Source of the DNA: Microcystaceae cyanobacterium | GTDB lineage: Bacteria > Cyanobacteriota > Cyanobacteriia > Cyanobacteriales > Microcystaceae | DNA length: 64,000 bases | Direction of reading: 5' to 3' | Assembly (NCBI GenBank): GCA_041746575.1 | Contig: JBGTGT010000121.1 | Span: 32,001 to 96,000 of the forward strand | Shown here: one piece after another, positions 51,043 to 61,591 of the stretch | Layout: the number at the start of each line of letters is the position of its first letter | How positions within the stretch are numbered: position 1 is the stretch's first letter | Position numbers and translations under genes: made by a program | Notes under the pieces: generated by a model | The model's database searches: none | Seen by the model: the letters and a program-made list of their open reading frames with translations, nothing else | Told to the model about the DNA's origin: nothing

Positions 51043-52455
51043 TTAAATCACTTTTTCTCTTCTTTCAATTTTAGAAGGAATTTCTGCCCGTCGCAATACA
51101 TCACCAAAATGACTGGTTATACCGACATCACCCACTAAAATAATTCCTTCATTAATTTTATTAACAGTTGAAATTAACTGTCTTAGTTTTTCTAATCCTT
51201 GTGTTACATTAAATCGATGATAAGATGAAACGTTACCCGGATAAATTGTATTACCTAAACTCCTAGTTGCACCTTGATGAAATTGAACAATCCAAATTGT
51301 TTTAGCATCAGCTACCCATTCCATTCTCACTACGCCTAATTGTTGTGCCGCTTGTTCATAAAGATTTCTGACCGACTGAATAATATAATTGGGAAGTACG
51401 CTCCGTTGTTTTTGTCCTATCATAAATTCTTCTCCATATCCCTTTGTTCCTTCTATAAGAATCTCTCCATTTTCGTCAGTAATTAATGCACCAGAATACT
51501 CTGCATCGATTCCTGATTGCGCTAAAATAGAAGCAATTGCGTTACCATCGGGATCTTCTTGTTTCATTAAATTAAAAGGATCACACCATCCCCGTTTAGT
51601 GGTAAATTTTCCGGGGATTTGAACAGTAGGACAAGTGCGAATCCAAGTTTCACTAAATCCCGTCAATTGACCAAAAGTAAAGGGAGATACGTTGCGACTA
51701 ATAACGGTAGTTAAAGGAACTTTAAATCCCGATAAATGAGCAATTAATAGGCCATAAGCTTTATCTCCAATAAACTGACTAAAACGATTTGGCCAATATA
51801 TCTTAGCAGTTGCATGGCTAATTCCTACTTCTTCAAGTTCCCAAATTATTGTATGTTCACGCTGAAAACCACGACGCAAAGGATGAATACTAAATTCAAC
51901 ACGAGTTTGAGGCGAATAATCTAAAAAAGGATTAAAATTGTAGACTGTTTCTAAGAGTTGAAGTCCAAGTTGACGAGGTAAAGAAGCAGTACCGGGTTTT
52001 TCGACACAGCGAGGGGTATCACAGGGTGCAAATTCAATCACATTCCCTAATAAAACCCCTGAAACACCACCATCACAGATATCAATAGTTTCATTGACAA
52101 TAGTATAAAGTCCCTCACCTGCTAAACGTTGCAAGGTTTCTTGTATGATGTTGACTTCTTGGAGTCCATAGACAAATTCTCGACTTTTGGGATCTTTAGG
52201 ATCAAAACTACGAATATTAACCGATTTTTCAGAAGATTGCGCTAGAATTGCGCTAACTGCTTCACTCACTGAATCAAATTGGTCATTATCTTCGTAGCCA
52301 TAAATTCTGCTGTAGCGTTGTTCTAATGTGGGGTCAAAACTCACAAATTGAGCAACATTTGCTTTAATAGCTAAGTTATTGAGAATAGCGTCTTTATAGT
52401 GCATTGTCTTTCCATCTATCTTTAATTTTTGGCTGAAATTGATAGAAGAGGTCAC
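51043..52455 (-). CDS. Dikinase-like protein: two PPDK/PEP-synthase-type ATP-grasp-like modules plus C-terminal phospho-His swivel domain
   Basis: GDKAYGL..G.KVP, AQSG..AEYSGA, EG..GYGEE..G, MEW...IWIVQ and GITSHFGDVLRRAEIP motifs. The N-half has analogous IRS, IVNE, GVSGV and VEFS motifs. Confidence 0.6.
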   Translation of the reverse strand: MTSSINFSQKLKIDGKTMHYKDAILNNLAIKANVAQFVSFDPTLEQRYSRIYGYEDNDQFDSVSEAVSAILAQSSEKSVNIRSFDPKDPKSREFVYGLQEVNIIQETLQRLAGEGLYTIVNETIDICDGGVSGVLLGNVIEFAPCDTPRCVEKPGTASLPRQLGLQLLETVYNFNPFLDYSPQTRVEFSIHPLRRGFQREHTIIWELEEVGISHATAKIYWPNRFSQFIGDKAYGLLIAHLSGFKVPLTTVISRNVSPFTFGQLTGFSETWIRTCPTVQIPGKFTTKRGWCDPFNLMKQEDPDGNAIASILAQSGIDAEYSGALITDENGEILIEGTKGYGEEFMIGQKQRSVLPNYIIQSVRNLYEQAAQQLGVVRMEWVADAKTIWIVQFHQGATRSLGNTIYPGNVSSYHRFNVTQGLEKLRQLISTVNKINEGIILVGDVGITSHFGDVLRRAEIPSKIERREKVI

Positions 52456-53081
52456 AACTTTTCTAAATTACTTAAGATCTCTTCTATAAAACAGATGTTT
52501 CCTTTTCGTTCTTTCAATTGTAAGATAGCTTGGCGAATTAGACTAATCCCAAGTTCAATCTCCAGTTTTTTATGATCTTCATTAAAGGTAGGAATTCCTT
52601 TTTTTTTCGCTATCCAAAACTCATAAACACATCCATTACTATATTGCCAATCATTAATGAAGAAAGCAGTAGTAATATAACGTTCAATCACTTGTTGCCA
52701 AAAATAATGCCAATCTCGTTGTGTCCAATCTGGGATATGGGGAATGGCAGTTGGATCAATTACAATTTTACCTGTTTTATGGCGCAATTGTTGAATAAAT
52801 TTCTGTGCTTGTTGACGATTGGGTTCAATGACTTCTTGATAATGATGTTGATGATAGGTTTTATCTGCGCTATCTATATCAGCGAAGTTTTTACCAATTC
52901 GTTCTAACCAATTAAGATACCGTTTTCCTGATGTAATGGGAGAACTACAATAAAAAACTTCATCTGTGTCTATAACGCTTTTATAGACTTCTAGCATCAT
53001 ACACATATTAACGTCACTATCTTTATGATTTTGAGAGATGTCAATTTGGGTTGAATGGTTTGTAGGTGGTACGCTTAACAT
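52452..53081 (-). CDS. DUF4406 / nucleoside deoxyribosyltransferase (NDT)-fold protein
   Basis: FYCSSPITSG, IDP and W.YSNGCVYE..IA...G motifs. Confidence 0.6.
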   Translation of the reverse strand: MLSVPPTNHSTQIDISQNHKDSDVNMCMMLEVYKSVIDTDEVFYCSSPITSGKRYLNWLERIGKNFADIDSADKTYHQHHYQEVIEPNRQQAQKFIQQLRHKTGKIVIDPTAIPHIPDWTQRDWHYFWQQVIERYITTAFFINDWQYSNGCVYEFWIAKKKGIPTFNEDHKKLEIELGISLIRQAILQLKERKGNICFIEEILSNLEKL

Positions 53082-53102
53082 ATAATTAATAAAAAAGATG
53101 TA

Positions 53103-53702
53103 CTATTGTTTGGCTTCAACTTTTTGGATTAGAGAATAAATATCTTTTGAAAGAATATCTAGATTTTTATTGATTTCTTCAAATTGATTTTTTTCTGGAC
53201 TAAGTTGTGGACTAAAATCTATCCACTGAAAGAATTTATTAAAAAACAAGAAAACTAAAGTAGCTAAAAGAAGAAATCCTAAAAAATTGACTGCTTGACT
53301 AACTTGCCACCAAGGTTTAGCTTTGTAGAAATTTGTGTAATGTGTAATTGACCAATATTTTTGAGAAAATTGATCATTCAGCTTACCTTCTATTTCTTCT
53401 AAATGTTCTCTAGTTGTTTTTCCATAACGATTCATAGGAATATAAATGGCAAGAAACCAACAAGCAAGAGGGATAAGTGAAATAAATAAGATAATTTCGG
53501 GAGGAAAAAAAGTAGCTTTATAACCAAAAGTTAGAATCCCAGCAGAGAGTAAAGCCATATATTGGAAAATTTGCCAAATAGCTTTATAAATATTCTCATA
53601 GCGTTGTGCAGCTTGTTCATATTCTATTTTAAAAAGATCAAGAGTTCGTTCCCAATCTTGTTCATTGAGTAAATTGTCTTGAGAAGGATGTTCTGTTGTC
53701 AT
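53103..53702 (-). CDS. Three-TM membrane protein, effector-like
   Basis: N-terminal helix (EYEQAAQRY..IWQ), two adjacent TMs, R..LEEIE, a third TM and a C-terminal coiled coil. Confidence 0.65.
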   Translation of the reverse strand: MTTEHPSQDNLLNEQDWERTLDLFKIEYEQAAQRYENIYKAIWQIFQYMALLSAGILTFGYKATFFPPEIILFISLIPLACWFLAIYIPMNRYGKTTREHLEEIEGKLNDQFSQKYWSITHYTNFYKAKPWWQVSQAVNFLGFLLLATLVFLFFNKFFQWIDFSPQLSPEKNQFEEINKNLDILSKDIYSLIQKVEAKQ

Positions 53703-53761
53703 AGCTTCAAAAATCCTTTTTAAAAAATTGTTTAACTTAATGGGAAAATTAGAGTAGCAAA

Positions 53762-53780
53762 GGTGGGTATAAAACCCACC
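53762..53780. terminator. Hairpin downstream of carB (terminator or REP-like)
   Basis: GGTGGGT-ataaa-ACCCACC. Confidence 0.5.
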
Positions 53781-53799
53781 CTAACTGAAAGTTAAACGC

Positions 53800-56700
53800 T
53801 TAAGAATGATAATCCTGAATCGCTTTAACATCTAAGTCTTCATTCTGTAAAGAACGAATCGCTGCAACCGTCGCTTTTGCTCCTGCAATAGTCGTAATAA
53901 TGGGTAACTTGTAGTCCAAAGCGGCACGACGAATTTTGCGTCCATCCATTTGGGGTTCTTCGCCGCCGGGGGTATTAATAATAAATTGAATCTGTTTATT
54001 TTTAATCCAATCTACCACATGGGGACGACCTTCATGGAGTTTTAAGACTACTTCTACCCCTTCAATGCCATTGTCGGTTAAAACTTTTTGGGTTCCGGAT
54101 GTGGCGACAATTTTAAATCCTAAATTGACTAAATCTTTTGCAACAGGAACAGTCGCTAGTTTATCACGATCGCTCATAGAAATAAATACGGTGCCTGTAG
54201 TGGCCAAATCAACACCGGCTGCCATTTCTGCTTTAGCAAACGCTTTGCCAAAGTCGCTATCAATGCCCATTACTTCACCCGTAGAACGCATTTCTGGCCC
54301 TAATAACGTATCTGCACCGGGGAATTTACTAAAAGGTAAAACGGCTTCTTTGACGGCGATATGAGTGGGAACAATTTCATCAATTACCCCTAATTCTTCT
54401 AGCGTTTTTCCTGACATCACTAAAGAGGCAATTTTCGCTAACGGCCGTCCGGTTGCTTTAGATACATAGGGTACAGTCCGAGAGGCACGGGGATTCGCTT
54501 CTAAGATATACACTTGTTCGCCTTGTACAGCGTATTGAATATTCATCAACCCTACTACATTCAACGCATTGGCAAGTTGGGTTGTCCATTGACGAATCGT
54601 ATCTATAACCGCAGCAGAAAGGGTCGTAAACGGTAAAGAACAGGCAGAATCTCCGGAATGAACCCCTGCTTCTTCAATATGCTCCATAATTCCCCCAATA
54701 ACGACCTTACCTGTGAGGTCAGATAAAGCATCCACATCTACTTCAATGGCATTTTCGAGGAATTTATCGATTAAAATGGGGTGGTCGGGTTCAATTTGCA
54801 CTGCATAGGTCATATAGCGTTCTAATTCTTCATCAGAATAGACGATTTCCATAGCACGACCCCCCAGAACATAGGACGGACGTACCACTACAGGATAGTT
54901 AATCTGAGACGCTACTGCAAGAGATTCTTCGTAACTGCGAGCAATGCCATTTGGTGGCTGTTTAATATTTAGTCCATGGAGAATTCGCTCGAATCGTTCT
55001 CGATCTTCAGCAGTATCAATGGAATCGGGGGAGGTCCCCCAAATTTTGGTTTGAACAGGACAATCGGGACTATCAAGGTATTTTTGCAGAGGAACAGCCA
55101 ATTTTAGGGGGGTTTGACCGCCAAATTGCACGATGATACCGACAGGATTTTCCGCTTCAATGATATTGAGGACATCCTCTTTGGTAAGGGGTTCAAAATA
55201 AAGGCGATCGCTGGTATCATAATCGGTGGAGACGGTTTCTGGATTAGAATTGACCATAATTGTCTCAAATCCGGCATCAGACAGGGCAAAGGACGCATGG
55301 CAACAGCAATAGTCAAATTCTATCCCTTGTCCAATCCGATTGGGTCCACCCCCCAAAATCATGACCTTGGGTTTATCAATCGGGGTGACTTCGGTTTCAT
55401 CGGGTTCATAGGTAGAGTAATAATAAGGCGTATAAGCTTCAAATTCTGCCGCACAGGTATCTACCACCTTATAAACGGGAACAATGCCTAATTCCTTACG
55501 ATAGGCGCGAACTTCATCCTCTTTTGTTTTTGTGGCAAAGGCCATTTGATAGTCACTGAACCCTTGTTGCTTAATTAAACGCATTTGTGGCGCAGTAATT
55601 TGTTTTAGAGGGGTATTTTTGAGAAATTTTTCAGTTTGAACTAAATCGTATAATTTATCTAAGAACCAGATGTCAATGGCCGTTAATTCGTGAATTTCCT
55701 CCACTGTCATTCCCATTTTCATGGCATGATAGATAGAGTAAACCCGTTCAGGGTTGGGGGTACGTAAGCTGGCACGGATTTGAGACAGAGAAGGCAAGGT
55801 TTCGTTACGCTCACAACCAAAGCCGTGACGACCTGTTTCAAGCGATCTTAAGGCTTTTTGAAAAGACTCTTGAAAAGTTCGACCAATTGCCATCGCTTCC
55901 CCAACAGATTTCATCTGGGTGGTTAAAATGGGTTGGGAGCCGGGAAATTTCTCAAAGGTAAAGCGAGGAATCTTGGTTACGACGTAGTCAATGGTGGGTT
56001 CAAAAGAAGCTGGAGTTTTCTGCGTAATATCATTGGAAATTTCATCTAAAGTGTAACCCACTGCTAATTTTGCCGCAAATTTGGCAATGGGGAATCCTGT
56101 GGCTTTCGACGCTAAAGCCGAAGACCGTGATACGCGAGGATTCATCTCAATAACAATGACATCGCCGTTGGTGGGGTTTATAGAAAATTGAATATTAGAA
56201 CCCCCCGTTTCTACGCCAATTTCTCGAATAATGGCCATAGAATAATCTCTTAAACGCTGATATTCTTTATCGGTTAAGGTTTGTGCCGGCGCAACGGTGA
56301 TAGAATCCCCAGTATGGACGCCCATCGGGTCAAAGTTTTCAATCGAACAGATAATAACAACATTATCCGCTAAGTCTCGCATGACCTCCAATTCGTATTC
56401 TTTCCAGCCTAAGAGCGATTTTTCTACCAAAATTTGCGATACAGGAGACATATCTAGTCCATATTGTGCCATTTCTTCATATTCTTCTTGGTTATAAGCA
56501 ATGCCTCCCCCTGATCCGCCTAAGGTAAACGCAGGACGAATAATGAGGGGATAAGAACCAATTTTTGCAACCGCCGCTTTGGCTTCGTCCATATTGGTGA
56601 CAATTTCCGATGGACAACAGGGAACACCGATTTTTCTCATCGCTTCTCGGAATAAATCCCTGTCTTCTGCTTTTTCGATGGCAGGAAGTTTTGCCCCGAT

Positions 56701-57045
56701 CAATTCTACATTATATTGCTCTAATACTCCCGTTTTTGCCAGAGTAACCGCAAGATTTAAGGCGGTTTGACCTCCCATCGTCGGCAATAAAGCATCAGGA
56801 CGTTCTTTCGCAATAACTTTGGCGATAATCTCGGGGGTTAGGGGTTCGATATAAGTCCGATTTGCCATTTCTGGGTCGGTCATGATAGATGCAGGGTTAG
56901 AATTGACTAAAACAACTTCATATCCTTCTTCTCGCAGAGCTTTACAGGCTTGTGTTCCTGAATAGTCAAATTCGCAAGCTTGTCCGATGACAATGGGACC
57001 TGCACCTAAAATGAGAATCTTGTTTAAATCGTCGCGGCGTGGCAT
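53800..57045 (-). CDS. carB: Carbamoyl-phosphate synthase large subunit
   Basis: [25 protein letters not shown] and [13 protein letters not shown] motifs. Confidence 0.98.
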   Translation of the reverse strand: MPRRDDLNKILILGAGPIVIGQACEFDYSGTQACKALREEGYEVVLVNSNPASIMTDPEMANRTYIEPLTPEIIAKVIAKERPDALLPTMGGQTALNLAVTLAKTGVLEQYNVELIGAKLPAIEKAEDRDLFREAMRKIGVPCCPSEIVTNMDEAKAAVAKIGSYPLIIRPAFTLGGSGGGIAYNQEEYEEMAQYGLDMSPVSQILVEKSLLGWKEYELEVMRDLADNVVIICSIENFDPMGVHTGDSITVAPAQTLTDKEYQRLRDYSMAIIREIGVETGGSNIQFSINPTNGDVIVIEMNPRVSRSSALASKATGFPIAKFAAKLAVGYTLDEISNDITQKTPASFEPTIDYVVTKIPRFTFEKFPGSQPILTTQMKSVGEAMAIGRTFQESFQKALRSLETGRHGFGCERNETLPSLSQIRASLRTPNPERVYSIYHAMKMGMTVEEIHELTAIDIWFLDKLYDLVQTEKFLKNTPLKQITAPQMRLIKQQGFSDYQMAFATKTKEDEVRAYRKELGIVPVYKVVDTCAAEFEAYTPYYYSTYEPDETEVTPIDKPKVMILGGGPNRIGQGIEFDYCCCHASFALSDAGFETIMVNSNPETVSTDYDTSDRLYFEPLTKEDVLNIIEAENPVGIIVQFGGQTPLKLAVPLQKYLDSPDCPVQTKIWGTSPDSIDTAEDRERFERILHGLNIKQPPNGIARSYEESLAVASQINYPVVVRPSYVLGGRAMEIVYSDEELERYMTYAVQIEPDHPILIDKFLENAIEVDVDALSDLTGKVVIGGIMEHIEEAGVHSGDSACSLPFTTLSAAVIDTIRQWTTQLANALNVVGLMNIQYAVQGEQVYILEANPRASRTVPYVSKATGRPLAKIASLVMSGKTLEELGVIDEIVPTHIAVKEAVLPFSKFPGADTLLGPEMRSTGEVMGIDSDFGKAFAKAEMAAGVDLATTGTVFISMSDRDKLATVPVAKDLVNLGFKIVATSGTQKVLTDNGIEGVEVVLKLHEGRPHVVDWIKNKQIQFIINTPGGEEPQMDGRKIRRAALDYKLPIITTIAGAKATVAAIRSLQNEDLDVKAIQDYHS

Positions 57046-57401
57046 AGGCTTTCTTGATACAATTACGAGTCTAAATCTCCATCATTGTATCGGCTATTTC
57101 TGCTCAGGATACGCTTTTCTTTATTTAGGTTTAATGACTTTTGTCTAGATTTTTAGGCACCTGTCTTTTAAGGTTATTATTTTAGTAACTTATTTTTCTG
57201 AGTAATAATGAGGGTTCTTGAGATAAAAATTATACTTCAAAAATTTGTTTAACGGTTGACTTTAGATTTGGAAAAAGCTCAGATTGTATTTCTTGTTCTT
57301 CTATGAATTCGCTTTACCGTTAGCTAATTTGCTTTCCTACTCAAGAAGATAAAATATAACAGATTTTACGCCGCTTTAATTCCGTCTAGTATCATAGAAA
57401 A

Positions 57402-59240
57402 ATGGACTCAATCACAATCAATTCATTAAGCGTCGTCATGTCTGAACAAGCAGAACCCATTAAACTCCCTCGTACCAGTGAATCAGAAAGCCTGAAACGG
57501 ATTCGTCATACTGCCTCTCATGTCATGGCTATGGCAGTGCAGAAACGCTTTCCTAAAGCACAAGTGACCATTGGACCTTGGACAGAAACAGGATTTTACT
57601 ATGATTTTGATGTCCCTGAACCTTTCACTGAAAAGGATCTTAAAGACATTAAAAAAGAAATGATCAAAATTATCAACAAAAACCTACCTGTTACTTGTGA
57701 AGAAGTGAGCCGTGAAGAAGCAGAAAAACGGATTAAAGCGATTAATGAACCTTATAAATTGGAAATTCTGGCAGGAATTCAAGAACCCATTACAGTCTAT
57801 CATTTAGGCGACCAATGGTGGGATCTCTGCGCAGGTCCCCATCTGGAAACCACAGGGGAATTAAACCCTAAAGCGTTTGATTTAGAAACGGTGGCAGGAG
57901 CATACTGGCGGGGCGATGAAACCAAAGCCCAACTTCAGCGTATCTACGGCACAGCATGGGAAATCCCAGAACAGTTAGCTGAATATAAACGGCGCAAAGA
58001 AGAAGCTTTAAAGCGAGATCATCGTAAATTAGGCAAAGAACTTGGATTGTTCATTTTTTCTGACTCAGTGGGTCCCGGACTTCCTTTATGGACTCCCAAA
58101 GGAACCCTTATTCGGTCAACCTTAGAGGATTTCTTGAAACAAGAACAGATTAAGCGGGGTTATCTTCCCGTTGTTACACCTCACATCGGCAGAGTTGATT
58201 TATTTAAGGTTTCAGGTCACTGGCAAAATTATAAAGAAGATATGTTCCCCATGATGGCGGAAAACTTAGACGAAGCTTCAAAAGAAGTAGGTTTTGTCTT
58301 AAAACCAATGAATTGTCCTTTTCATATCCAAATTTATAAGAGTGAGTTACGCTCTTACCGAGACTTGCCGATGCGATTGGCGGAATTTGGCACGGTGTAT
58401 CGTTATGAACAATCTGGGGAATTGGGCGGATTAACCCGTGTTCGAGGCTTTACAGTAGATGATTCTCATCTTTTCGTCACCCCAGAACAGTTAGATGATG
58501 AATTCTTGAGCGTTGTGGATTTAATTCTTGCTGTCTTTGAGAGTTTGCAACTGAAGAATTTTAAAGCACGCTTAAGTTTCCGTGATCCTGAGTCGGATAA
58601 ATATATTGGCTCTGATGAAGCGTGGCAAAAAGCAGAAAATGCCATTCGTCGTGCGGTTCAAACCCTCGATATGAACTATTTTGAAGCACCTGGAGAAGCC
58701 GCTTTTTATGGACCTAAACTAGACTTTATTTTCCAAGATGCTCTAGAAAGGGAATGGCAACTAGGAACAGTACAAGTAGATTACAATTTGCCGGAACGCT
58801 TTGACCTTGAATACATGGCTGAAGATGGGGAAAGAAAACGTCCCGTGATGATTCACCGTGCGCCGTTTGGGTCGTTAGAACGCTTAATTGGCATCTTAAT
58901 TGAAGAATATGCTGGTGATTTTCCCCTATGGTTGTCTCCTGTACAGATTCGTCTATTACCTGTTAGTAACGCTCAGTTAAACTATGCGAAAACGGTGGTT
59001 GCTCAGATGTTAACAGTCGGAATCCGTGCCGAGGTAGATACTTCAGGAGAAAGATTAGCGAAACTCATTCGCAATGCTGAGAAAGAGAAAATCCCTGTCA
59101 TGGCTGTTGTAGGTGCGAAAGAAGTAGAATCTGAAGCTTTGAGCGTTCGCACTCGTGTATCGGGAGAATTAGGCGCAATTTTAGTAACTGAGGTGATCGA
59201 TAAAATGACCCATGCTATCACAAATCATAGCAATTTTTAA
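57402..59240 (+). CDS. thrS: Threonine-tRNA ligase
   Basis: RHTASH, DLCAGPH, RDHRKLG, KPMNCP, GLTRVRGF and IHRAPFGSLER motifs. Alternative start at 57438. Confidence 0.98.
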   Translation: MDSITINSLSVVMSEQAEPIKLPRTSESESLKRIRHTASHVMAMAVQKRFPKAQVTIGPWTETGFYYDFDVPEPFTEKDLKDIKKEMIKIINKNLPVTCEEVSREEAEKRIKAINEPYKLEILAGIQEPITVYHLGDQWWDLCAGPHLETTGELNPKAFDLETVAGAYWRGDETKAQLQRIYGTAWEIPEQLAEYKRRKEEALKRDHRKLGKELGLFIFSDSVGPGLPLWTPKGTLIRSTLEDFLKQEQIKRGYLPVVTPHIGRVDLFKVSGHWQNYKEDMFPMMAENLDEASKEVGFVLKPMNCPFHIQIYKSELRSYRDLPMRLAEFGTVYRYEQSGELGGLTRVRGFTVDDSHLFVTPEQLDDEFLSVVDLILAVFESLQLKNFKARLSFRDPESDKYIGSDEAWQKAENAIRRAVQTLDMNYFEAPGEAAFYGPKLDFIFQDALEREWQLGTVQVDYNLPERFDLEYMAEDGERKRPVMIHRAPFGSLERLIGILIEEYAGDFPLWLSPVQIRLLPVSNAQLNYAKTVVAQMLTVGIRAEVDTSGERLAKLIRNAEKEKIPVMAVVGAKEVESEALSVRTRVSGELGAILVTEVIDKMTHAITNHSNF

Positions 59241-59260
59241 CGGGTTAAGGAAGGAATAAT

Positions 59261-59311
59261 GCAGTCACCCGTATTGGATTAATTCAGTCTGGGTAACTGT
59301 TTCTTTTTTTT
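59261..59311 (+). terminator. Intrinsic terminator of thrS
   Basis: Imperfect stem CAGTCACCC...GGGTAACTG followed by a long T tract. Confidence 0.65.
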
Positions 59312-59357
59312 CTTTTCTTATAATTTTTATCAGGTAATTTATTAGCGATTAACGCTC

Positions 59358-59930
59358 ATGTCAATAACCTAAACGAAACGATTAAATCTTGAATTATTTC
59401 CTCAGCAATCTTATCTTGATATTAAATCCGCTTGGGAATATATCAATAGCGAAACTCGTCAGAAACCCACGCCGAAAATTCATCATAGTCGCTTCCAATT
59501 AAAATTAGCGAGTCATATTGATTCAATCGCTAAACTCGAAAAAATTGCTTTAGCATTTCCTGAATTATGTTGCACTTTTGGTCAGCAATTAATTGTTCAT
59601 GATATTGTCGTACTTCTTTGGGATAAAATTCCCTTAACGGACACAGAAGAACCTGAAAACACGGTAATTTCCTTTGCACCCGATTGGGCAATTTGAATTT
59701 TATCTCCCAACCAATCCATCACAAAAGTAATAGATAATCTTATTTTCTGTCTAGAGAATAGAGATAAACTCGGATGGTTAATTAATCCAGATGAACGATC
59801 AATTTTTGTGTTTAAAGTGAATCAAACCCCCAAAATTTATCATCTTGATTCAGAAGAAACCTTACCTGTTTTAGAACCGATTAAACTTAATTTAACTATT
59901 TCTCAGATTTTCGATTGGTTAAAAATATAA
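59358..59930 (+). pseudogene. Uma2 (DUF820) endonuclease pseudogene
   Basis: Hand translation gives ...AWEYIN...HSR.Q...AFPEL..TFG...APDWAI*ILSP.Q...GWLINP...IFDWL. In-frame stops lie at 59370 (TAA) and 59694 (TGA). Confidence 0.85.
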
Positions 59931-60014
59931 ATTATTATTCAAGTTTCTTGTATTCCTTCGCAGATGATAATTTTGAATCTAGTAACTCATTTCTTATATA
60001 AATTTGTGTTGATT

Positions 60015-60036
60015 TAGGGTGAGTTTTCTCACCCTA
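60015..60036. terminator. Hairpin between the Uma2 pseudogene and icd
   Basis: Perfect 9-bp stem TAGGGTGAG-tttt-CTCACCCTA. Confidence 0.6.
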
Positions 60037-60163
60037 GAAGGTATCTGTAAAATCAATCTTAAGGGACTGTTTAAGACTTGCGCTTCTACTGTTTCAGGAT
60101 TAATCTCTGTCTGACCAACAAAAGGGTTTAGTCTTTTATTGATAGATACCCTCTAACCGAATT

Positions 60164-61591
60164 TTAATCGTCAAAATGATCAATAATAGCACTAGCAAAT
60201 TCCGAACACTTCAAAGGCGGATTAACAGGCGGTTCCATTAACCTTGCTAAATCATAGGTCACTTCCCGATTAGCGATCGCCGCACCGATACCTTTCTTAA
60301 TCAAATCGGCCGCTTCTTGCCATCCCATATACTCTAGCATCATCACTCCAGATAAAATAACAGAACCAGGATTAATTCGGTCTAAACCAGCATGTTTAGG
60401 AGCAGTTCCGTGAGTTGCCTCAAAAATTGCACAATTATCGCCAATATTCGCCCCTGGCCCCATGCCTAATCCGCCAACAATAGCCGCCGCCGCATCGGAG
60501 AGGTAATCCCCATTGAGGTTCATGGTTGCTAGGATAGAATATTCGTCAGGACGAGTTTGAATTTGTTGAAAAATACTGTCTGCAATACGATCATTGACCA
60601 TTATCTTGTCTTTCCATTTACCGTCACCGTGAGTCTCCCAAATTGTATCTAATACGCCTTTAACTTCTGCACAAGCTTGCTCTTTTTTCTCTGGTGTTAA
60701 GGCGTCATACCCCGGTTCAACTTGGCGAGCGTTATCCTCAATCGAAATTTCCGAATTATGCTCTTTATTACTCAAAATCCATGATTCTCGTTCAGTAACA
60801 CAACTATCTCGAAACTCGATTGTCGCTAGTTCGTAACCCCAATTCCGAAAGGCTCCTTCAGTGTATTTCATAATATTGCCTTTATGCACAAGAGTCACCT
60901 GTTGCTTGGCTTTAGGCAGGCGTAAGGCGTGTTCCATCGCACGACGAACCAAACGCTGCGAACCGATTTTACTGATGGGTTTGATGCCGATACCCGAATC
61001 AAGAGGAATTTGCTTCTTGCCGTGTTCAGGCGTCGCAGGGATTAAGTCAGTATTAAGATAATTAATCAGTTTATCAGCAATTTCACTGCCTTGCTTCCAC
61101 TCAATCCCCAAGTAGATGTCTTCCGTGTTTTCTCGATAGACGATCACATCTAGTTTCTCTGGACTTTTGTGGGGAGAAGGCGTACCAGGATAGTAACGAC
61201 AGGGACGTACACAGGCGTATAAGGTGAAAATTTGTCGTAAAGCAACGTTTAAAGACCGAATTCCCCCACCAATAGGCGTGGTTAGAGGGCCTTTGATGGC
61301 GATACCATATTCTTGGATGGCGTTTAAGGTATCTTGAGGAAGATATTGGTACGTCCCATAAACATCACAAGCTTCATCCCCTGCATACACTTTAAACCAG
61401 TTAATTTTGCGTTTTCCCCCATAGGCTGTTTCCACGGCGGCGTTAATCACTTGTTCGGTAGCCGGCCAAATATCGACTCCTGTTCCGTCGCCCTGAATGA
61501 AGGGAATTATAGGGTCATCAGGAACAAGGGGTTTACCCTCTTTAAAGGTAATTTTAGACCCTGTAGAAGGAGGTGTCAGTTTTTCGTACAT
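60164..61591 (-). CDS. icd: NADP-dependent isocitrate dehydrogenase
   Basis: [36 protein letters not shown] and FEATHGTAP motifs. Confidence 0.97.
   Translation of the reverse strand: MYEKLTPPSTGSKITFKEGKPLVPDDPIIPFIQGDGTGVDIWPATEQVINAAVETAYGGKRKINWFKVYAGDEACDVYGTYQYLPQDTLNAIQEYGIAIKGPLTTPIGGGIRSLNVALRQIFTLYACVRPCRYYPGTPSPHKSPEKLDVIVYRENTEDIYLGIEWKQGSEIADKLINYLNTDLIPATPEHGKKQIPLDSGIGIKPISKIGSQRLVRRAMEHALRLPKAKQQVTLVHKGNIMKYTEGAFRNWGYELATIEFRDSCVTERESWILSNKEHNSEISIEDNARQVEPGYDALTPEKKEQACAEVKGVLDTIWETHGDGKWKDKIMVNDRIADSIFQQIQTRPDEYSILATMNLNGDYLSDAAAAIVGGLGMGPGANIGDNCAIFEATHGTAPKHAGLDRINPGSVILSGVMMLEYMGWQEAADLIKKGIGAAIANREVTYDLARLMEPPVNPPLKCSEFASAIIDHFDD

Noticed and set aside
51043..53702. Absence of HIP1 sites as proof of horizontal transfer
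   Set aside because: HIP1 spacing in the window is on the order of kilobases, so a 2.7-kb gap is not significant by itself.
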